DNA of 64,000 bases from Bacillota bacterium (GTDB lineage: Bacteria; Bacillota; Clostridia; Christensenellales; Aristaeellaceae): the NCBI GenBank assembly GCA_023436585.1, contig JAEZIN010000027.1:64847-128846 (forward strand), written 5' to 3'. The notes beneath the pieces were generated by a model that saw nothing but the letters and a program-made list of their open reading frames with translations, did no database searches and had not been told where the DNA came from. Position numbers and translations under genes: made by a program. Below are positions 47,429 through 57,378 of this stretch, in pieces (position 1 is the stretch's first letter; the number at the start of each line of letters is the position of its first letter).

Positions 47429-48313
47429 TTACTCCTTGATGGCGCCCAGCATGACGCCCTGCACCAGGTACCGCTGCAGGAAGGGATACACCAGCAGTAT
47501 GGGGGCGGTGGCGATCACCATGGTGGCAAACTTGATGCTGTTGGGGGATACCCGCCGGCCTAGGGAGCCCAAGGCCTGTTGCTGCATCAATTGGGAGGAA
47601 TTCTCCGCGATCACCTTGAAGAGCATGGTCTGAATGGGGATGAGGTTCTCATTCTTGATGAACAGGTAGCCTGTAAAGTGGTCGTTCCAGTGGTACACCC
47701 CCGCGAACAGGGCAATGGTGGCCAGCACCGCCTTGGCGTTGGGCAGCACAATGGTCAAAAAGGTGCGGAAGTCCCCCGCGCCGTCCACCTGAGCGGATTC
47801 CTCGATGGAATCGGGCATGGCCTTGAAGAACGTGCGGAAAATCAACATGTTGTAGTAGGAGAACATTGCCGGGATCACATACACCAGAAAGGAATCGTAC
47901 ATGCCAAGGCCGCGGATCAGCAGGAAGAAGGGGATCAGCCCGCCGTTAAAGAGCATGGTGACAAGCCCGAAGCCCATATAAAACTTGCGGCCCATGAGGT
48001 GGGTTTTGGACAGGGGGTAGGCGATCATGGCGGTAAAAAACACGTGCACCGTGGTGGCGATGGCTGTGCGCAGGGCGGAAACCAGCATGGCATTGAGTAT
48101 GTTCCCGCTGTGGAAAACAGTGAAATAATTGTCCAGCGTCGTGGATTTGGGCAGCCAGAGGGAGGCGCCCCGCAGCGCATCGGAGCTTTCCAGAAGGGAA
48201 TTGATGAGGATGTACCATACCGGGTACAGCGTGGTAAAGCAAAGCAGAACCATTACAAACCCATTGACGGTATGAAAGAGGGAGAACCTTTTCCGCTTTT
48301 TTGCGATCTGCAT
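47429..48313 (-). CDS. Sugar ABC transporter permease, LplC-like
   Basis: EESAQVDGAGDFRTFLTIVLPN motif. RBS AAGGAGGG. Confidence 0.85.
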   Translation of the reverse strand: MQIAKKRKRFSLFHTVNGFVMVLLCFTTLYPVWYILINSLLESSDALRGASLWLPKSTTLDNYFTVFHSGNILNAMLVSALRTAIATTVHVFFTAMIAYPLSKTHLMGRKFYMGFGLVTMLFNGGLIPFFLLIRGLGMYDSFLVYVIPAMFSYYNMLIFRTFFKAMPDSIEESAQVDGAGDFRTFLTIVLPNAKAVLATIALFAGVYHWNDHFTGYLFIKNENLIPIQTMLFKVIAENSSQLMQQQALGSLGRRVSPNSIKFATMVIATAPILLVYPFLQRYLVQGVMLGAIKE

Positions 48314-48328
48314 GTCAGCTTTCCCTCC

Positions 48329-49261
48329 TTAGAGCATATTGTCGCCGGTAAGTTTGCCGGTGACATAGTTGGCGGTAAGCAAAAGTATAAGGGAAATCAG
48401 GGACCGGGCCAGGGTTACGGCGGTGGAGTAGGAAAAGCGCCCGGTGACGATGCCCATGTTGTATACGTACAGGTCGATGGTTTCGCTGGCCCGAAGGTTC
48501 ATGGAGTTCTTCAGCACGAATACCTGGTCAAAGTTGGAGCCCAGCAGCCCCGCCACCGCCAGGATGAACAGCACCGCAATGGTGGGGCGTATCCCCTGTA
48601 CCGTCACATGCCACATCTTTTGATAGCGGTTGGCCCCGTCGATGTCCGCGGCCTGGTACAGTTCCGGGTTGATGGCGCTGATGGCGGCGATATAGATGAT
48701 GGCGTTCCAGCCCAGCTCCTTCCAGACTTCGCTGGCCACGGAAATGGTCCAGAAATACTGGGGCATGGCGATGTATGCCACATCCCCCCGCTGGAGGCCA
48801 AGGCCGATGGACAGTTGATTGATGAGATTCCGTTCACTGAGCCAGGACAGGAGGATGCCGCCAAAGATGGCCCATGATATAAAATGGGGCAGGTAGGAGA
48901 TGGTTTGCACCGACCGCTTGAAACGTGTGCTCCGGATTTCGTTCAAAAACAGCGCAAACAGGATGGGCAGCGGAAAGCCCACAGCCAGCTTCCAGAAGGA
49001 GATGCCCAAAGTGTTTTGAATCACGCGCCAAAACCTAGGCTCCTTGAAAAATTCCGCAAAGAAGTTAACACCCACAAACGGCGCCTGGGTCATTGGCTTT
49101 GCCAGGTCAAACTGGAAAAACGCAAAGATCAGGAAGGCCATGGGGATATAAGAGAAAATCACCATCCAGGCCATTCCCGGCAGCACCATCATCTGGAGCG
49201 CCTTCTGCCTTTTGAGCCGCTTTTTCCATCCGCCCTTTGGGATCGCCGCCGGCTGTAGCAT
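48329..49261 (-). CDS. Sugar ABC transporter permease, LplB-like
   Basis: QAADIDGANRYQKMWHVTVQGIRP motif. RBS GAGGAGG. Confidence 0.85.
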   Translation of the reverse strand: MLQPAAIPKGGWKKRLKRQKALQMMVLPGMAWMVIFSYIPMAFLIFAFFQFDLAKPMTQAPFVGVNFFAEFFKEPRFWRVIQNTLGISFWKLAVGFPLPILFALFLNEIRSTRFKRSVQTISYLPHFISWAIFGGILLSWLSERNLINQLSIGLGLQRGDVAYIAMPQYFWTISVASEVWKELGWNAIIYIAAISAINPELYQAADIDGANRYQKMWHVTVQGIRPTIAVLFILAVAGLLGSNFDQVFVLKNSMNLRASETIDLYVYNMGIVTGRFSYSTAVTLARSLISLILLLTANYVTGKLTGDNML

Positions 49262-49276
49262 ACGGTTTCCTCCTCA

Positions 49277-49290
49277 CGAAAGGGGTTTCG
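49277..49290. promoter_or_regulatory. Palindromic operator candidate CGAAAGGGGTTTCG between the LacI gene and the permease operon, overlapping the permease RBS
   Basis: 14-bp palindrome. 13/14 identical to the reverse complement of the site at 50342-50355. Confidence 0.5.
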
Positions 49291-49310
49291 TAAATGGGTA
49301 AAAAAATTCG

Positions 49311-50336
49311 TTACACGATGGGTGCGCAGGATGAACGAACCACCAGCGATACCGGCAGCCGCGTAACGTTGGGCGGAACATCGCCGCCCTCGATGAGGGA
49401 GATGCACATGGCGGCAGCCGTGCTGCCTATTTGGCCCCGGGGCTGGCTTACTGTGGTCAGCCGCCAGGGTGACATTTGATCTTCATTCACATTGTCAAAG
49501 CCGGTCACTGAAATATCCTGGGGTACCCGAAGCCCATGCTGGGACATGCAATACAGCGCGCCGCTGGCCAAAGCATCGCAGTTGCAAAGCAGCGCCGTTC
49601 CGTCATACCCCTTGTCCAGAAGCCTTTCCATGGCGGCATAACCATCCTGAAAGCCGAACCCATCGGCGATGATCACCTGATCCATGGAAAAGTGGAGCTG
49701 CCTTGCTTGCAAAGCCTTTGCAAAGCCTGCCAAACGCTCTTCTCCCGAGGGGGTGCCGCGCGGGGCGGCCATGTGCAGCATTTTCTTATGCCCGAGGGAA
49801 TGGAGGTATGCCACCAACAGGTCCATACCCTGAACGTTGTCGGAAAGCACAGAGGGGCGGCCCGCAAAATCAAAGTCCACCAGCACACAGTGCATGCCGC
49901 TATGCAAAAGCTCCGCCACCTGGGGATGGGAATAATCCGCAGCCATCACCAGCACGGCATCCAGCCCCCGGTAGCGGCAGTTCTCCAGCAAGGTCCGCTT
50001 CTTGGGGCCAACCTTGTTGCCAAGGAACATAATCTGATAGCCGGCCTCCTCCACCTCCCGCTTGAAATGCTCCAGAATTTCACTGAAGTGGGGGTGGGAA
50101 AGACCCAAGTGCTCAAAATCGACATACAGCACGCCGATGAGGTAGCTGCGCTTGGTGACAAGCATCCTGGCGTTGACGCTGGGTTCGAACTGCATGGCTT
50201 TTGCCGCCGCCAAAACACGCTGCCGCGTTTTTTCGCTGACATCGGTATAGCCGTTGAGCGCCTTGGAGGTCGTGGCAACACTTAAATTGAGCGACTTCGC
50301 CAGATCATAAATGGTGGGCAATAAAAACAACCTCAT
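49311..50336 (-). CDS. LacI-family transcriptional regulator
   Basis: N-terminal HTH …PTIYDLAKSLNLSVATTSKALNGYTDVSEKTRQRV. Periplasmic-binding-fold C-terminus. Start is ATG 50336 (no clear RBS) or a TTG 2-5 codons later. Confidence 0.75.
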   Translation of the reverse strand: MRLFLLPTIYDLAKSLNLSVATTSKALNGYTDVSEKTRQRVLAAAKAMQFEPSVNARMLVTKRSYLIGVLYVDFEHLGLSHPHFSEILEHFKREVEEAGYQIMFLGNKVGPKKRTLLENCRYRGLDAVLVMAADYSHPQVAELLHSGMHCVLVDFDFAGRPSVLSDNVQGMDLLVAYLHSLGHKKMLHMAAPRGTPSGEERLAGFAKALQARQLHFSMDQVIIADGFGFQDGYAAMERLLDKGYDGTALLCNCDALASGALYCMSQHGLRVPQDISVTGFDNVNEDQMSPWRLTTVSQPRGQIGSTAAAMCISLIEGGDVPPNVTRLPVSLVVRSSCAPIV

Positions 50337-50341
50337 TTTTT

Positions 50342-50355
50342 TCGAAACCCGTTTC
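50342..50355. promoter_or_regulatory. Palindromic operator candidate CGAAACCCGTTTCG, 6 nt upstream of the LacI start
   Basis: Second copy of the 14-bp palindrome seen at 49277-49290. Confidence 0.5.
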
Positions 50356-50640
50356 GTTAATGGAAGTATATATGGAAATGCATCATCTGTCAATATGAAA
50401 TTCTGAATTTTTTTGTAGCACAATGGCTCATCAGCCGTTCATTTGCGCAGAGCCAGTATGCCCATATCGTTTTTGTCCAGCAGGAACAGAAGGGGACATG
50501 ATCAAAACCGTTCCACCCTAGAACCCCTTAAGATCATCTGGAAGCCTTGTCAACACAACCAAATGCGTATGTTCCTTTTAAACCCGCCGCTTCTGTGCTA
50601 AAATAATTCCATAGAACTCACAAACGCTGCGAGGTGTAAC

Positions 50641-52455
50641 TTGGTCTTATTATCTGTTGAAAAGATCAGCAAAAGTTTTTCTGATAGAACGCTTTTGCAG
50701 GATGTGTCACTATACATAAGCGATACCGATAAAATCGGCATCATTGGTGTCAACGGCACGGGCAAAACCACGCTGCTCAATCTCCTTGCCGGGCTGATCA
50801 CGCCGGACAAAGGCACGATCAGCAAATCTTCCGGTGCCCGTATTGCGTATTTGCAGCAAAACCCTGTATTTGATAAGGGCTCATCGTTGCTTTCCATTGT
50901 ACTTGATCACACAGGTTCGCATTCTAAATGCGGCCCGGAATACGAAGCCAAGACCATCTTGACCAAGCTGGGCTTTACGGACTTTGACATGGACACAAGC
51001 TCCATGTCCGAGGGCGAAAAAAAGCGCGTTGCAATTGCACGCGCACTGATGAGCCCCTGCGAGTTGCTTATCCTGGACGAGCCTACCAACCACCTGGACA
51101 GCGACATGGTGGCTTGGCTGGAGGCCTATTTAAAGCGCTATACCGGCGCTATCGTTATGGTCACCCATGACCGCTATTTTCTGGACCGCGTGACCAACCG
51201 CATCGTTGAAATCGACGCAGGCGCATTGTATTCCTATAGCGGAAACTACGCACAGTTCCTGGCGCTAAAAGCGCAGCGCGAAGAAATGGAGACTGCCACC
51301 CAGCGCAAGAACCGCAGCCTGTACAGGCGCGAGCTGGAATGGATACAGCGCGGCGCCAGGGCGCGCAGCACGAAAGCCAAATCCAGGATCGAGCGCTTTG
51401 AGGCTTTGCAAGACGGTGCGCCTGCCGCGCCGGAAGCAGCACTGATCATGGATTCCGTATCCTCCAGACTGGGCAAAAAGACCATTGAAGTAAGCCATAT
51501 CACCAAATCCTTTGGCGGCCGCCGCGTCGTCAAGGATTTTTCGCACGTTCTTTTGCGGGATGCGCGCATCGGTATCATTGGCAAAAATGGCTGCGGCAAA
51601 ACGACGCTGATGAAGATGATTGCGGGCGTTTTGGCGCCGGATGCCGGTAGCGTTGTGCTGGGTGAAACCGTGAAAGTAGGCTATGTCTCCCAGGTGTGGG
51701 ATACGCCGCCGGCCACCATGCGCGTGATTGATTATATACGCGAGGAATCGGATCAAATCGAAACAAACGAGGGTATGGTCTCCGCGGCGAAAATGCTGGA
51801 GCGGTTCTTGTTTCCCTCCAGTGTACAGTGGACGCCGGTTGGCAAGCTCTCCGGCGGTGAAAAGCGCCGGCTGTTCCTCTTGCGTATCCTGATGGGCGCA
51901 CCCAATATTCTGCTGCTTGATGAACCCACCAATGACTTGGATACCGCTACCCTGACCGTGCTTGAGGATTACCTGGAGGACTTTAACGGCGCGGTCATCA
52001 CCATATCCCACGACCGTTATTTCCTGGATAAAGTCGTGGATACGATCTTCGAATTCCGGGAGAATGGCGATATACGCAAGTTTACCGGCGGCTATACCGA
52101 TTATCTGGAAAAGCGCGGTTCAGAAGCGGGCGATTCGGATGCGGCGGCGACAAGCAAAGCCGGCAGGACAGACAAACCAAAATCAGCCGAGCCTACTCAA
52201 ACCGAAAAAAAGCAAACCAAACTAAAATTCACATTCAGCGAGCAGCGCGAATTCAACACCATAGATGATGACATAGCACTTCTTGAAGAGAAGCTTGGGC
52301 AGGCCGAGGCCGGCATCAACCAATATGCCAGCGATTATGAAAGGCTGAAACCCTTTCTTGAGGAAAAAGAACGGCTCGAGGCTGAGTTGGCGATCAAAAT
52401 GGACCGGTGGGTGTTTTTAAATGAGCTGGCGGAGAGGATCAAGGCTAATATGTAG
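50641..52455 (+). CDS. ABC-F family ATPase (Uup/YdiF-like, with C-terminal coiled-coil extension), TTG start
   Basis: Two ABC cassettes (GVNGTGKTT, GKNGCGKTT; LSEGEKKR, LSGGEKRR). RBS GAGGTG 6 nt before TTG. Confidence 0.85.
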   Translation: MVLLSVEKISKSFSDRTLLQDVSLYISDTDKIGIIGVNGTGKTTLLNLLAGLITPDKGTISKSSGARIAYLQQNPVFDKGSSLLSIVLDHTGSHSKCGPEYEAKTILTKLGFTDFDMDTSSMSEGEKKRVAIARALMSPCELLILDEPTNHLDSDMVAWLEAYLKRYTGAIVMVTHDRYFLDRVTNRIVEIDAGALYSYSGNYAQFLALKAQREEMETATQRKNRSLYRRELEWIQRGARARSTKAKSRIERFEALQDGAPAAPEAALIMDSVSSRLGKKTIEVSHITKSFGGRRVVKDFSHVLLRDARIGIIGKNGCGKTTLMKMIAGVLAPDAGSVVLGETVKVGYVSQVWDTPPATMRVIDYIREESDQIETNEGMVSAAKMLERFLFPSSVQWTPVGKLSGGEKRRLFLLRILMGAPNILLLDEPTNDLDTATLTVLEDYLEDFNGAVITISHDRYFLDKVVDTIFEFRENGDIRKFTGGYTDYLEKRGSEAGDSDAAATSKAGRTDKPKSAEPTQTEKKQTKLKFTFSEQREFNTIDDDIALLEEKLGQAEAGINQYASDYERLKPFLEEKERLEAELAIKMDRWVFLNELAERIKANM

Positions 52456-52576
52456 CACAGGGAACTTTCTTATTGCACCCAATTCCAGTTTCATTTTCTG
52501 CTGTTATACAACTTGTTTGGATTTGCCACGATATATATCATACTACAGTAAGACAAAGCCGTAAGGAGAGAATGCC

Positions 52577-53620
52577 ATGAAAAAGAAGTACATCCTTGTA
52601 GCAGCCATTCTTTGCGTGTGCATGCTTGCCGCCCAGAGTGCCGGTGGCCTGGGCGCTGCATCCGCAAAGGCGGAAACCACCCTGAATGCAGACGACGTGA
52701 ATAATGTGACCGATTACTCTAAGCCTTATAATTGGCTCAGCGCGGACATGTCGGGCAGCTTGCCTGTGGATGTATTTTACCTGTACCCGACAGCATGGCA
52801 AAAGGGTCCGAACGATTCCAATTACTGCTCCGTCGATAATGCATCCATGATAAAAGGCGCCAATGGTGCCTTTAACCGGCAGGCGACGGCGTTTTTACCG
52901 GTAGGCAATATTTATGCGCCGTATTATCGGCAAGCGGATGCGATGTATACCTTGACCCTGCCCACGATCGCGCAGCAAGATGAATCGGTACGGATTATTC
53001 CGGCGGCGGACGGGGTCGCCGCGTTCAATTATTATCTGGATCACTATAACAAGGGAAGGCCGTTCATATTGGCAGGGCATTCCCAAGGTTCCAACGTGCT
53101 TCTGTATATTCTGGCCCAGTTAAAAGACCAACCGGAAGTGCTCGGCAGAATGGTTGCCGCTTATGTGATCGGCTTTTCTGTAACGAAAGATTATCTTGCG
53201 CAGAATGCTCCCCTGAAATTTGCCACAGGCCCCGATGACACCGGTGTCATTATTTCCTACAACACGGAGGCGCAAGGGGTAACAAACAGTCCGCTTGTGC
53301 GCCCCGGCGCCCTCGCGATCAACCCCATCTCGTGGACGCTGACTGATTTGGAAGCGCCCAAGGAGGATAATGCGGGTTCCATCAGGCCGGTCACCATGGC
53401 CTTGTCCGACTTGACACCTGTGAAAGACTTCGCCTCCGCGCAAGTCGATACCGTAAGAGGTGTTGTTATCTGTAAATCTGTTGACGCCAGCAAGTTTTCG
53501 ATACAGGGATTCCCGGGTGTGTACCATTCTTATGATTATCCGTTCTACTTCTACAATATCCGCCAAAACGCGCAAAACAGGGTGGAGAAATACCTGGCGG
53601 CCCATCCTTCGGGCAAATAA
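52577..53620 (+). CDS. Secreted alpha/beta-hydrolase, DUF3089 family
   Basis: RBS AAGGAGAG. Signal peptide MKKKYILVAAILCVCMLAAQSAGG. GHSQGS lipase/esterase pentapeptide. Confidence 0.65.
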   Translation: MKKKYILVAAILCVCMLAAQSAGGLGAASAKAETTLNADDVNNVTDYSKPYNWLSADMSGSLPVDVFYLYPTAWQKGPNDSNYCSVDNASMIKGANGAFNRQATAFLPVGNIYAPYYRQADAMYTLTLPTIAQQDESVRIIPAADGVAAFNYYLDHYNKGRPFILAGHSQGSNVLLYILAQLKDQPEVLGRMVAAYVIGFSVTKDYLAQNAPLKFATGPDDTGVIISYNTEAQGVTNSPLVRPGALAINPISWTLTDLEAPKEDNAGSIRPVTMALSDLTPVKDFASAQVDTVRGVVICKSVDASKFSIQGFPGVYHSYDYPFYFYNIRQNAQNRVEKYLAAHPSGK

Positions 53621-53665
53621 AAAAGAGAAGTCATGAAATTCTTTGAGAAATCCCATATACAGCAA

Positions 53666-53692
53666 AAATGACCCGTCACAGCCGGGTCACTT
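53666..53692. terminator. Bidirectional terminator A5-TGACCCG-TCACAGC-CGGGTCA-T5
   Basis: Read directly. Confidence 0.65.
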
Positions 53693-53775
53693 TTTGATTG
53701 ACAATGTTTTACGTTCCTATATGATAGTGATATGGCATCATAAAATGCAATCTTTTGTCGACAAGGAGATGTCAA

Positions 53776-54480
53776 ATGGGAAAATTGTTTAAGGCCGTTG
53801 GCGCTGTGATACGAATCTTTTCAAAGAGGATGAAGACCGTTTGGGATGTCCCCTTTGACGGCGAGCCCTGCGTCTTCTTATGTAATCACGCAGGCGCTTT
53901 GGGTCCCATTGATATGAGTACGAAATTCTCCTTGCGCGGCAAGTGCTTTTATTGGATGAATGCCGACATGATGGACCGCAAGGCCGTACCCGCCTATGTG
54001 CGCCAGGATTATTGGTGGCAGCCCGGTTGCTTTATGGAACCGCTTTTTAACATCACACTGCCTTATATTGCTGCATTCCTCCTGCCGCCTCTTTTGAAAA
54101 GTGCGCCGGGCGTGCCCGTTTATCATGACGCACGGGGCGTTAAGACGTTTCGCCAAAGCATCCGGCATTTAAAAAATGGGAACTGCTTGGTTATCTTTCC
54201 GGAGCAGCCTTCAGGCTACCAATCCCATCACACGTGGATAAACGAAGGCTTTTTGCAGATTGCGCCCCTCGCCTACCGCACACTTGGGATAGAGCTCAAG
54301 TTCTATCCTGTGCATTTGGATCATAAAAACCATCTCTTCCATGTCAGCGCACCTATCCGCTATGAGCCCGGCGTCCCCCTGGATGCGCAGACACCGGCAC
54401 TGATTGAAGCCATTCGCCTCGGTATTCATCCCCCCGAGCCAATGCAGGAATCAAAGCAGCAAAGCGCTCTGGAAATCTAA
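53776..54480 (+). CDS. Lysophospholipid / 1-acyl-sn-glycerol-3-phosphate acyltransferase-like protein (LPLAT family)
   Basis: RBS AAGGAG before MGKLFKAV. FLCNHAGALGPID H-x-D block and a later FPEQPSG block resemble PlsC-type motifs. Confidence 0.5.
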   Translation: MGKLFKAVGAVIRIFSKRMKTVWDVPFDGEPCVFLCNHAGALGPIDMSTKFSLRGKCFYWMNADMMDRKAVPAYVRQDYWWQPGCFMEPLFNITLPYIAAFLLPPLLKSAPGVPVYHDARGVKTFRQSIRHLKNGNCLVIFPEQPSGYQSHHTWINEGFLQIAPLAYRTLGIELKFYPVHLDHKNHLFHVSAPIRYEPGVPLDAQTPALIEAIRLGIHPPEPMQESKQQSALEI

Positions 54481-54637
54481 ACGGATAGGGATCAGCTGTC
54501 CCCTATCAAAGGGAGGCAATCCAAAGGGACTGGCCCACTATGTTCTTGGTTTGTGTGTGTGCTATTCACCGATTATTTTTTGCAAAAATGAAGTTGTGAT
54601 ATAATAAAGGCAAAAGCCGCACAAAGGAGAACCGTTT

Positions 54638-55387
54638 ATGAAAATGATTTCCTGGAATGTCAATGGCCTTCGCGCCAGCTTGAAAAACGGGTTCATGGAT
54701 GCCTTTAAAAAAATAGACGCAGACATCTTTTGCCTGCAAGAAACGAAAATGGAACAGGGGCAGGCAGAGTTGGATTTGGCCGGATACCAGGAATACTGGA
54801 ACAGCGCCAAGAAAAAAGGATATTCCGGCACTGCCGTTTTCACAAAAAAAGCGCCGCTGAGTGTAACCTATGGTATAGGCATCGAAAAGCACGACCAGGA
54901 AGGCCGGGTCATCACGCTGGAATTTGAAGAAACCTATTTTGTAAATATATATACACCCAATTCCCAAAGAGACCTTGTCCGTTTGGGCTATCGCATGGAA
55001 TGGGAGGATGATCTGCGAAGCTATCTTTTGGCGCTGGATGCCAAAAAACCCGTGATTCTTTGCGGCGATCTAAATGTGGCGCATCAAGAAATCGATATTA
55101 AGAACGCAAAATCAAATCGCAAAAACGCCGGCTTTACAGATGAAGAACGTGAAAAAATGACGATTCTCTTGGGCTCCGGATTTTCGGATACGTTTAGAAC
55201 TTTGCACCCGGAGGAACACGATGCCTATTCCTGGTGGTCACAGATGCCCGGTATACGGGAGCGGAATGTAGGCTGGCGTATCGATTATTTCCTTGTATCC
55301 AGGCGGTTGATGCCTCAAATTAAGGAAGCGTTCATATTGTCTCAAGTGTATGGCAGCGACCATTGTCCTGTTGGCATTATTGTATGA
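54638..55387 (+). CDS. xth: Exodeoxyribonuclease III (AP endonuclease, Xth/ExoA family)
   Basis: MKMISWNVNGLRA…CLQETK…GDLNVAH…WRIDY…SDHCPV are all EEP-family catalytic blocks. RBS AAAGGAGAA. Promoter TTTTTG-17-TATAAT with a TG extension. Confidence 0.9.
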   Translation: MKMISWNVNGLRASLKNGFMDAFKKIDADIFCLQETKMEQGQAELDLAGYQEYWNSAKKKGYSGTAVFTKKAPLSVTYGIGIEKHDQEGRVITLEFEETYFVNIYTPNSQRDLVRLGYRMEWEDDLRSYLLALDAKKPVILCGDLNVAHQEIDIKNAKSNRKNAGFTDEEREKMTILLGSGFSDTFRTLHPEEHDAYSWWSQMPGIRERNVGWRIDYFLVSRRLMPQIKEAFILSQVYGSDHCPVGIIV

Positions 55388-55520
55388 GGCATGAAAAGGT
55401 GACAGGATATATCCGCGCTCATTGCAGTCCTGTGGGATGTTTGCCTAAGGCCTGCCGCTATCTGTAAATACCGTTGAATAGTAGCAATAGAAGACCTGGT
55501 TTTGCAGGCACAGAAAAAGG

Positions 55521-55553
55521 CCCGTCTCGTTTGGCGGGTCTTTTTCTATAATT
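55521..55553 (+). terminator. Terminator hairpin (GGCCCGTC-TCGTTT-GGCGGGTC) plus T5 after xth
   Basis: Read directly. Confidence 0.55.
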
Positions 55554-55714
55554 GCACGATTGTTTTCCCATGCCCTGAAAGCCGCTTTAATGGCCAAATG
55601 CGCCTTCATTTTTCGTGTAATGGTGCGCATCCCCCTGAAAGGATAGCCTCCGGTCTGCCGGCTCATTTGCACAGCAGCATAGCGGCTTTTTATCTCAAGG
55701 AAGTTCTCATCTTT

Positions 55715-55728
55715 CGAACACCGGTTTT
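55715..55728. promoter_or_regulatory. Weaker LexA/Cheo-box-like site CGAACACCGGTTTT
   Basis: Keeps the GAAC-N4-GTTy spacing of the Gram-positive SOS box. 58 bp upstream of the better box. Confidence 0.35.
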
Positions 55729-55743
55729 TCTAATTATATCCTG

Positions 55744-55787
55744 TTGACAGGGAAAGAGGCGCGGAATATTAGACGAACAAATGTTCT
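55744..55787 (+). promoter_or_regulatory. Promoter TTGACA-17-TATTAG followed by LexA (Cheo) box CGAACAAATGTTCT at 55774-55787, SOS-regulated
   Basis: Near-perfect match to the Bacillus-type consensus CGAACRNRYGTTYC. Sits just upstream of a Y-family polymerase gene. Confidence 0.65.
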
Positions 55788-55851
55788 TGTTTTGAAAAAT
55801 GCTATTGTGTCACATAATTCCCATGACAGCTTTGGAGGTGGCCGGAGAAGA

Positions 55852-57378
55852 ATGGTGAAGGACAGAGTCTATATCGCAATCGATCTGAAATCCTTCTATG
55901 CTTCGGTGGAGTGCGCAGAACGCGGCCTTGACCCGATGACCACCAACCTTGTCGTCGCCGATGCCAGCCGTACTGAAAAGACCATCTGCCTTGCCGTCAC
56001 CCCGTCTCTCAAGGCGCATGGCATCTCCGGCAGGGCGAGGCTGTTTGAGGTCGTACAAAAGGTGAGGGAAGTAAATGCGGCACGGCTGCGCAAAGCGCCC
56101 GGACGTACATTTTCCGGCGCATCTTGGGAGGATACCGAATTGAAAGCTTCTCCGGCGCTCTCTCTGGACTACATCGTTGCACGGCCGCGCATGGCTCTGT
56201 ATATCGAGTACAGCACGCGGATTTACGATGTCTATTTGAAGTACATTGCACCGGAGGACATACACGTCTACTCCATCGACGAGGTGCTCATGGATGCAAC
56301 CGCGTACCTGAAAACCTACAAGCTCTCAGCCCGTGAGCTTGCCTCGCAAATGATCCTTGACATACTGGAAACGACCGGCATCACGGCAGCAGCGGGCATT
56401 GGGTCGAACCTGTACCTCAGCAAAGTCGCTATGGACATAAGAGCAAAGCACATTGAGGCTGACGCAAACGGGCTGCGGATTGCCGAGCTTAACGAGATGA
56501 GCTACCGCCGCTTGCTGTGGTCACACCGGCCTCTGACAGACTTTTGGCGCGTCGGCAGAGGCTATGCGAAAAAGCTGGAGGAGCATGGTCTTTTTACCAT
56601 GGGCGACATCGCGCGTTGCTCCCTGGGAAAACCGTCCGATTCCTGTAACGAGGATCTTTTGTACAAGTTGTTCGGCATTAACGCTGAGCTGCTGATTGAC
56701 CATGCGTGGGGATGGGAGCCCTGCACAATGGCCGAAATAAAGGCGTACAAGCCAAGCGCAAGCAGCGTCGGATCGGGGCAGGTGCTGCACAGCCCATATA
56801 CGTTCGATAGGGCGAAGCTGATCGTGCGTGAAATGACCGATCTTTTGGCGCTTGATCTGGTCGATAAAAAGCTCATGACGGATCAGCTTGTTTTAGCGGT
56901 TGGGTACGACATTGAAAGTCTGACAGACCCGATGATAAAGAAAGCATATCGCGGAGAAGTCACCACGGACGGCTACGGTCGCGCCGTTCCCAAATCAGCG
57001 CATGGTTCGGCAAACCTCGGCAGGCAGACCTCCTCAACAAAGCTGCTTTTGGATGCCGTCACAGAGTTGTTTGAGCGCATCGTTGACAAAAATCTCTTGG
57101 TCAGGCGGGTCAACATCACGGCGAACCACGTTGTGGATGAAGCATCCGCACAAAAAAGAAATGCCGCTGAGCAGCTTGATTTCTTTACCGATTACTCGGC
57201 TGTGAAAGCACAAAAAGAAGCTGAGGAAGTCGTCTTCGCACGGGAAAAGCAAATCCAGGCGGCAATGCTGTCCATCAAGAAGAAGCACGGTAAAAACGCT
57301 ATTCTAAAGGGCATGAATTTGGAGGATGGCGCCACCACCGTGGATCGAAACAGGCAGATTGGAGGGCACAAGGCATGA
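55852..57378 (+). CDS. Y-family DNA polymerase (UmuC/UvrX/YqjW-like translesion polymerase)
   Basis: VYIAIDLKSFYASVEC is the IMS/UmuC N-terminal signature. RBS GGAGAAGA before ATG 55852. Confidence 0.85.
   Translation: MVKDRVYIAIDLKSFYASVECAERGLDPMTTNLVVADASRTEKTICLAVTPSLKAHGISGRARLFEVVQKVREVNAARLRKAPGRTFSGASWEDTELKASPALSLDYIVARPRMALYIEYSTRIYDVYLKYIAPEDIHVYSIDEVLMDATAYLKTYKLSARELASQMILDILETTGITAAAGIGSNLYLSKVAMDIRAKHIEADANGLRIAELNEMSYRRLLWSHRPLTDFWRVGRGYAKKLEEHGLFTMGDIARCSLGKPSDSCNEDLLYKLFGINAELLIDHAWGWEPCTMAEIKAYKPSASSVGSGQVLHSPYTFDRAKLIVREMTDLLALDLVDKKLMTDQLVLAVGYDIESLTDPMIKKAYRGEVTTDGYGRAVPKSAHGSANLGRQTSSTKLLLDAVTELFERIVDKNLLVRRVNITANHVVDEASAQKRNAAEQLDFFTDYSAVKAQKEAEEVVFAREKQIQAAMLSIKKKHGKNAILKGMNLEDGATTVDRNRQIGGHKA

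Noticed and set aside
50359-50397. 12-codon upstream ORF (MEVYMEMHHLSI) ahead of the second ABC-F gene, reminiscent of ARE-type leader peptides
   Set aside because: It has no RBS and lies ~245 nt from the ABC-F start. It sits within 25 bp of the divergent LacI start and operator, so it is more likely promoter-region sequence than a regulatory leader peptide.
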